From Podarcis gaigeae (taxonomy: Eukaryota): a DNA stretch of 64,000 bases. This document shows, piece after piece, positions 62,301-64,000 of this stretch (position 1 is the first letter of the stretch; every line of letters begins with the position of its first letter). The notes beneath the pieces were generated by a model. That model made no database searches and had not been told where the DNA came from. It saw only the letters and a program-made list of their open reading frames with translations. The stretch lies in NCBI GenBank assembly GCA_964106915.2, contig OZ066917.1. One strand, given 5' to 3'. Made by a program: the position numbers and the translations under genes.

Positions 62301-63522
62301 AGGCTTCAGCGAAAGCCTGCATTCGCCCCATAGGATGCACACACACTTCCTCTTCATTTTTGGAGGGAGAAAAGTGCGTCCTATAGGGCGAAAAATACGG
62401 TACTCCTTAAGTGACAGTGTGTATCTTTTTAATCATGCAGAAAGCAAGGTCAGGAAACCCCAGAATTATTGTATAGATGAAAATATTGGGCTAGTTCAGA
62501 ATGGGCTGAGTGGAAGGGCCATAGCTGAGGGGTAAGAGCACCTGCTTTGTATGCAGGCCCCAGGTTTGATCCCTGGCATCTCCAGGTACAGCTGGGAGAG
62601 ACCTTAGCCTGAAACCCTGGAGAGCTGCTGCCAGTCAGTGTAGACAAGTATGTTAGATACACCAGTGGACTGACTCAGTATAAGGCAGCTTCCTGTGTTC
62701 CTCTGTGTAGGGTGTAAATATGGCAGGAACAAGCCATATTTATCTTCGTCTACAATAGGCAAAAGTCTTCAGTGTGAAATAGAACTTAGGCTTATACATT
62801 TCTATATGAGCAAGCCCCACTCATGAGAGTTGTCTACTGGTGGAGGAGGTGGCTGGAGCACTTGAGTAAGAGCCGAAGTTTCAGGCCCAGGTAAACATTA
62901 ATGGTTCCAGGGCCTTAAGGCTCATATCTCTACCATGCTGAAAATTTAGCCTTTTTATATCTGAACTAGAGCCGGGTCATTTCCCCCCAGTTTCAGAGTT
63001 CATCCAGTTTTGAGAATACATTTCACATCGCTCCTCCCTCACCTCAGTAAGGGGAAAGCAGTGCAAAGTGATTTGTCTGTTGGTGTTCAATTTGTGGGTC
63101 CCCAAATGGGCACCTCCAGTCTGCTATCTCTGTATGCTGAGTGCCACACCGAGTAAGCCAGAGTACTAGGTTACACATTTTACGAGCTGTGCATCACTTG
63201 TGAGGATTGCTAGCTAATTGTAATGCTCAGCTTATATGAAGATAAATTTATATAATAGTGATGTAAACTACTTTAATTTTTTCATACTACTTGATTTTGC
63301 TGTTAGAAAATCTGTGTGCTTTTATTATGAGAATCTCTTCCATCCTAGACTCTGGGGTGAGCCTGTAAATCTACGTGAACAGCATGATGCTTTAGAATTT
63401 TTTAACTCCTTGGTGGATAGCCTAGATGAAGCTTTAAAAGCCTTGGGTCACCCAGCAATGTTAAGTAAAGTTTTGGGAGGCTCCTTTGCTGATCAGAAGA
63501 TCTGTCAAGGCTGCCCGCATAG
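27092..63522 (+). CDS. USP9X: Ubiquitin carboxyl-terminal hydrolase 9X (FAF-X), spliced CDS, coding exons 2-33; 3'-partial (continues past window)
   Basis: 32 exons with GT-AG boundaries join into one open frame of 5189 nt. It starts [32 protein letters not shown] and contains the USP Cys box [18 protein letters not shown] and the QHDALEF motif. The sequence is recognisably USP9X. Confidence 0.99.
30163..30308 (+). CDS. USP9X: USP9X exon 3 (146 nt)
   Basis: [16 protein letters not shown]...LDDMINR; AG/GT boundaries. Confidence 0.97.
30442..30521 (+). CDS. USP9X: USP9X exon 4 (80 nt)
   Basis: [26 protein letters not shown]; AG/GT. Confidence 0.97.
31885..31997 (+). CDS. USP9X: USP9X exon 5 (113 nt)
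   Basis: [17 protein letters not shown]...WKFEIH; AG/GT. Confidence 0.97.
32246..32464 (+). CDS. USP9X: USP9X exon 6 (219 nt)
   Basis: [14 protein letters not shown]...PPDPRSPK; AG/GT. Confidence 0.97.
32854..33110 (+). mobile_element. tRNA-derived SINE (Squam3-like)
   Basis: A box TGGTGTAGTGG, B box GGTTCGAGTC, L2-like 3' end and (CTT/CAT)n tail. Confidence 0.85.
33126..33375. mobile_element. Tc1/mariner (Tigger-like) MITE
   Basis: TA|CAGTCGTACCTTGG...CCAAGGTACGACTG|TA perfect TIR. Confidence 0.88.
33550..33775 (-). mobile_element. Tc1/mariner (Tigger-like) MITE
   Basis: TA|CAGTGGTACCTC...GAGGTGCCACTG|TA; reverse-complement homologue of 25684-25884. Confidence 0.9.
34152..34267 (+). CDS. 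USP9X: USP9X exon 7 (116 nt)
   Basis: [23 protein letters not shown]...IIAALIK; AG/GT. Confidence 0.97.
35449..35584. mobile_element. 136-bp palindromic hAT MITE with 8-bp TSD CCATAAA[A/G]
   Basis: TIRs CAGGCTTCCTCAAAC / GTTTGAGGCAGCCTG; core shared with the 22608 copy. Confidence 0.9.
35861..36112 (+). CDS. USP9X: USP9X exon 8 (252 nt)
   Basis: [18 protein letters not shown]...RLKMILR; AG/GT. Confidence 0.97.
36196..36334 (+). CDS. USP9X: USP9X exon 9 (139 nt)
   Basis: [17 protein letters not shown]...WLTAERMA; follows an 83-nt intron. Confidence 0.97.
36630..37277. mobile_element. Cluster of degenerate palindromic hAT MITEs plus an L2 fragment
   Basis: Several ccagatg/aactcccatc/tggagggc cores; minus-strand [12 protein letters not shown]2 motif. 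Confidence 0.55.
37583..37735 (+). CDS. USP9X: USP9X exon 10 (153 nt)
   Basis: [25 protein letters not shown]...DNIWAAQ; AG/GT. Confidence 0.97.
38857..38961 (+). CDS. USP9X: USP9X exon 11 (105 nt)
   Basis: [35 protein letters not shown]; AG/GT. Confidence 0.96.
39362..39375 (+). promoter_or_regulatory. Candidate CTCF site CCACCAGGTGGTGC (intron 11)
   Basis: Strong match to the CTCF core consensus. Confidence 0.5.
39455..39830 (+). mobile_element. CR1 LINE 3' end fragment
   Basis: ttggatgattttaaaagaggagtaggcaaattcatggagga...gctagccatg resembles the squamate CR1 3' end; related fragment at ~56440-56590. Confidence 0.7.
40239..40445 (+). CDS. USP9X: USP9X exon 12 (207 nt)
   Basis: [34 protein letters not shown]...LDYSCSQ; AG/GT. 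Confidence 0.97.
40882..41180. mobile_element. hAT-Charlie-like MITE with perfect 8-bp TSD GCTTAGAG
   Basis: CACGGGTGTCAAAC...GTTTGACACCCCTG; GGCCC subterminal repeats; TSD at 40874-40881 and 41181-41188. Confidence 0.92.
41638..41774 (+). CDS. USP9X: USP9X exon 13 (137 nt)
   Basis: [17 protein letters not shown]...GEAPQNL; AG/GT. Confidence 0.97.
42601..42734 (+). CDS. USP9X: USP9X exon 14 (134 nt)
   Basis: [22 protein letters not shown]...MRQYAK; AG/GT. Confidence 0.97.
43319..43406 (+). CDS. USP9X: USP9X exon 15 (88 nt)
   Basis: [30 protein letters not shown]; donor CG|GTTGGT. Confidence 0.95.
44118..44156. repeat. (CA)n microsatellite
   Basis: Read directly from sequence. Confidence 0.95.
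44907..45112 (+). mobile_element. Tc2/pogo-like MITE
   Basis: TA|CCTTATTTTTCGCTCCATAGG...CCTATAGAGCGAAAAATACGG|TA. Confidence 0.85.
45277..45619 (+). CDS. USP9X: USP9X exon 16 (343 nt)
   Basis: [19 protein letters not shown]...GLDYLWR; AG/GT. Confidence 0.97.
46560..47745 (+). mobile_element. Old degenerate L2 LINE
   Basis: TSRLDYCNA and [25 protein letters not shown] motifs with frameshifts; T-rich 3' UTR. Confidence 0.8.
48467..48562 (+). CDS. USP9X: USP9X exon 17 (96 nt)
   Basis: [32 protein letters not shown]; AG/GT. Confidence 0.97.
48950..49161 (+). CDS. USP9X: USP9X exon 18 (212 nt)
   Basis: [20 protein letters not shown]...ERTILPMSR; AG/GT. Confidence 0.97.
49721..49961 (+). CDS. 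USP9X: USP9X exon 19 (241 nt; ubiquitin-like domain region)
   Basis: [23 protein letters not shown]...QLNLKDKT; AG/GT. Confidence 0.97.
50189..50338 (+). CDS. USP9X: USP9X exon 20 (150 nt)
   Basis: [29 protein letters not shown]...ESCLPGV; AG/GT. Confidence 0.97.
50438..50558 (+). CDS. USP9X: USP9X exon 21 (121 nt)
   Basis: [19 protein letters not shown]...LMKLMPP; AG/GT. Confidence 0.97.
51041..51171 (+). CDS. USP9X: USP9X exon 22 (131 nt)
   Basis: [19 protein letters not shown]...SQVLYLTE; AG/GT. Confidence 0.97.
51270..51481. mobile_element. Tc1/mariner (Tigger-like) MITE
   Basis: TA|CAGTGTTACCTC...GAGGTGTGACTG|TA; related to the 24690 copy. Confidence 0.8.
51656..51934 (+). CDS. USP9X: USP9X exon 23 (279 nt)
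   Basis: [17 protein letters not shown]...[10 protein letters not shown]; AG/GT. Confidence 0.97.
52139..52264 (+). CDS. USP9X: USP9X exon 24 (126 nt)
   Basis: [17 protein letters not shown]...LAQQISDE; AG/GT. Confidence 0.97.
52406..53220 (+). mobile_element. Young 5'-truncated L2 LINE (intact RT C-terminal ORF, 3' UTR and (TTA)n tail)
   Basis: ORF 52436-52969 contains [14 protein letters not shown]...[11 protein letters not shown]...[13 protein letters not shown]. CpGs are retained; tail at 53172-53219. Confidence 0.92.
53630..53755 (+). CDS. USP9X: USP9X exon 25 (126 nt)
   Basis: [24 protein letters not shown]...ISKIYEK; AG/GT. Confidence 0.97.
54250..54335 (+). mobile_element. L2-type 3' tail fragment
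   Basis: tgtaagctgcccagagtggctggggaaacccagccagatgggcgggatataaat hairpin tail. Confidence 0.6.
54616..54782 (+). CDS. USP9X: USP9X exon 26 (167 nt)
   Basis: [20 protein letters not shown]...[10 protein letters not shown]; AG/GT. Confidence 0.97.
55654..55762 (+). CDS. USP9X: USP9X exon 27 (109 nt)
   Basis: [36 protein letters not shown]; AG/GT. Confidence 0.97.
57126..57272 (+). CDS. USP9X: USP9X exon 28 (147 nt)
   Basis: [21 protein letters not shown]...EIDWLKRIR; AG/GT. Confidence 0.97.
57470..57616 (+). CDS. USP9X: USP9X exon 29 (147 nt)
   Basis: [27 protein letters not shown]...GGANLIK; AG/GT. Confidence 0.97.
58150..58620 (+). mobile_element. Old L2 LINE 3' fragment
   Basis: [21 protein letters not shown] motif followed by a T-rich 3' UTR. 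Confidence 0.65.
58675..58897 (+). CDS. USP9X: USP9X exon 30 (223 nt)
   Basis: [18 protein letters not shown]...MYYIGTAIT; AG/GT. Confidence 0.97.
59339..59372. repeat. (TG)n microsatellite
   Basis: Read directly from sequence. Confidence 0.95.
59741..60104 (+). mobile_element. Full-length Sauria SINE (POM/Squam1-type) with 12-bp TSD
   Basis: GGGACGCGGGTGGCGCTGTGG A box, GGTTCGAATCC B box, BovB-like 3' end and ACCTTT tail. TSD TAAGTCTCATTG at 59730-59741 and 60105-60116. Confidence 0.95.
60241..60461 (+). CDS. USP9X: USP9X exon 31 (221 nt; USP Cys box, catalytic Cys codon 60333-60335)
   Basis: [42 protein letters not shown]...DEKQDNE. Confidence 0.98.
61749..61939 (+). CDS. USP9X: USP9X exon 32 (191 nt)
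   Basis: [19 protein letters not shown]...[12 protein letters not shown]; purine-rich acceptor gataaaag|AGC. Confidence 0.94.
62037..62400 (+). mobile_element. Tc2/pogo-like MITE (longer, GC-rich interior)
   Basis: TA|CCGTATTTTTCGCCCCATAGG...CCTATAGGGCGAAAAATACGG|TA. Confidence 0.9.
62512..62702 (+). mobile_element. tRNA-derived SINE (Squam2-like), degenerate
   Basis: GGGCCATAGCT...GGTTTGATCCC tRNA head; gaaaccctggagagctgctgccagtcagtgtagacaa body; CR1-like tail. Confidence 0.75.
63349..63522 (+). CDS. USP9X: USP9X exon 33 (174 nt; USP QHDA box)
   Basis: [23 protein letters not shown]...[10 protein letters not shown]; AG/GT. Confidence 0.97.
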
Positions 63523-64000
63523 GTAAGTGTTTCTTCTCTATCATCTCATTTTCATAAAATCAAAGTAGTAATGCTCATTCACTAAAAATATGCTACAAGT
63601 CTCCCACTTATGGAAAAGTACAGAGACCATTTAGGAGTGGTTGATATTAGCAAGTTACTCTAAATACAGCTGATGTAACGTTCTGAGCCATGTTGAGGAA
63701 AGTTATCAACCAAAGTTTCCAAAAAAAATTCAGAGTCAGCTCTATGATAGCAAGACACACATTTTCTGATGTAATTAAGACGGCAATCACCAGATGTTAC
63801 ATATCATTTACATATCTGAGTATAGCCTGGTTCGTGCTGACATCCCCAGAGAAGCCTAGGCAACTCTATGGCTATAGCTGCTGACACTCAAGGCAACATG
63901 CTTTTGTGAGCCCACACTTAACATTTGTAATTTGTCATTTGGTTTGACAAGATGGACTTGCAACAAAATGGTGCCGTATGGAGCACTCCTCTTCTGGTGC

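Noticed and set aside
1-64000. CRISPR arrays, operons, retrons or other prokaryotic-type systems
   Set aside because: The sequence is a spliced vertebrate gene. The repeats are microsatellites and transposon relics, with no regular repeat-spacer arrays.

Overview
Vertebrate genomic DNA, almost certainly from a lacertid lizard (it carries Sauria/POM-type, Squam2-like and Squam3-like SINEs). The window holds the 5' ~two-thirds of one + strand gene, the deubiquitinase USP9X (FAF-X/Fat facets orthologue). It contains a CpG-island promoter and non-coding exon 1 (~6.0-7.9 kb), a ~19.5 kb first intron, and 32 consecutive coding exons (27092-63522). These total 5189 nt (1729 codons plus 2 nt), all with GT-AG introns and consistent phases. 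The last three exons encode the start of the USP catalytic domain, and the catalytic Cys falls at residue 1566. The gene continues beyond the window. Introns and upstream DNA contain many transposon relics: L1, L2, CR1, Rex1/Babar, BovB, SINEs, and hAT and Tc1/mariner MITEs. I found no prokaryote-style novel system. The best leads are regulatory: (i) uORFs in all three frames of exon 2; (ii) an inverted MITE pair bracketing exons 2-6, where a back-splice would fuse the USP9X N-terminus in frame to uORF1; (iii) sister hAT MITEs whose two ends changed in concert; (iv) a ~1 kb foldback in intron 1; (v) a CTCF-motif-bearing cassette between 34-bp direct repeats. Family names for repeats come from recall of consensus sequences, not from a database search.
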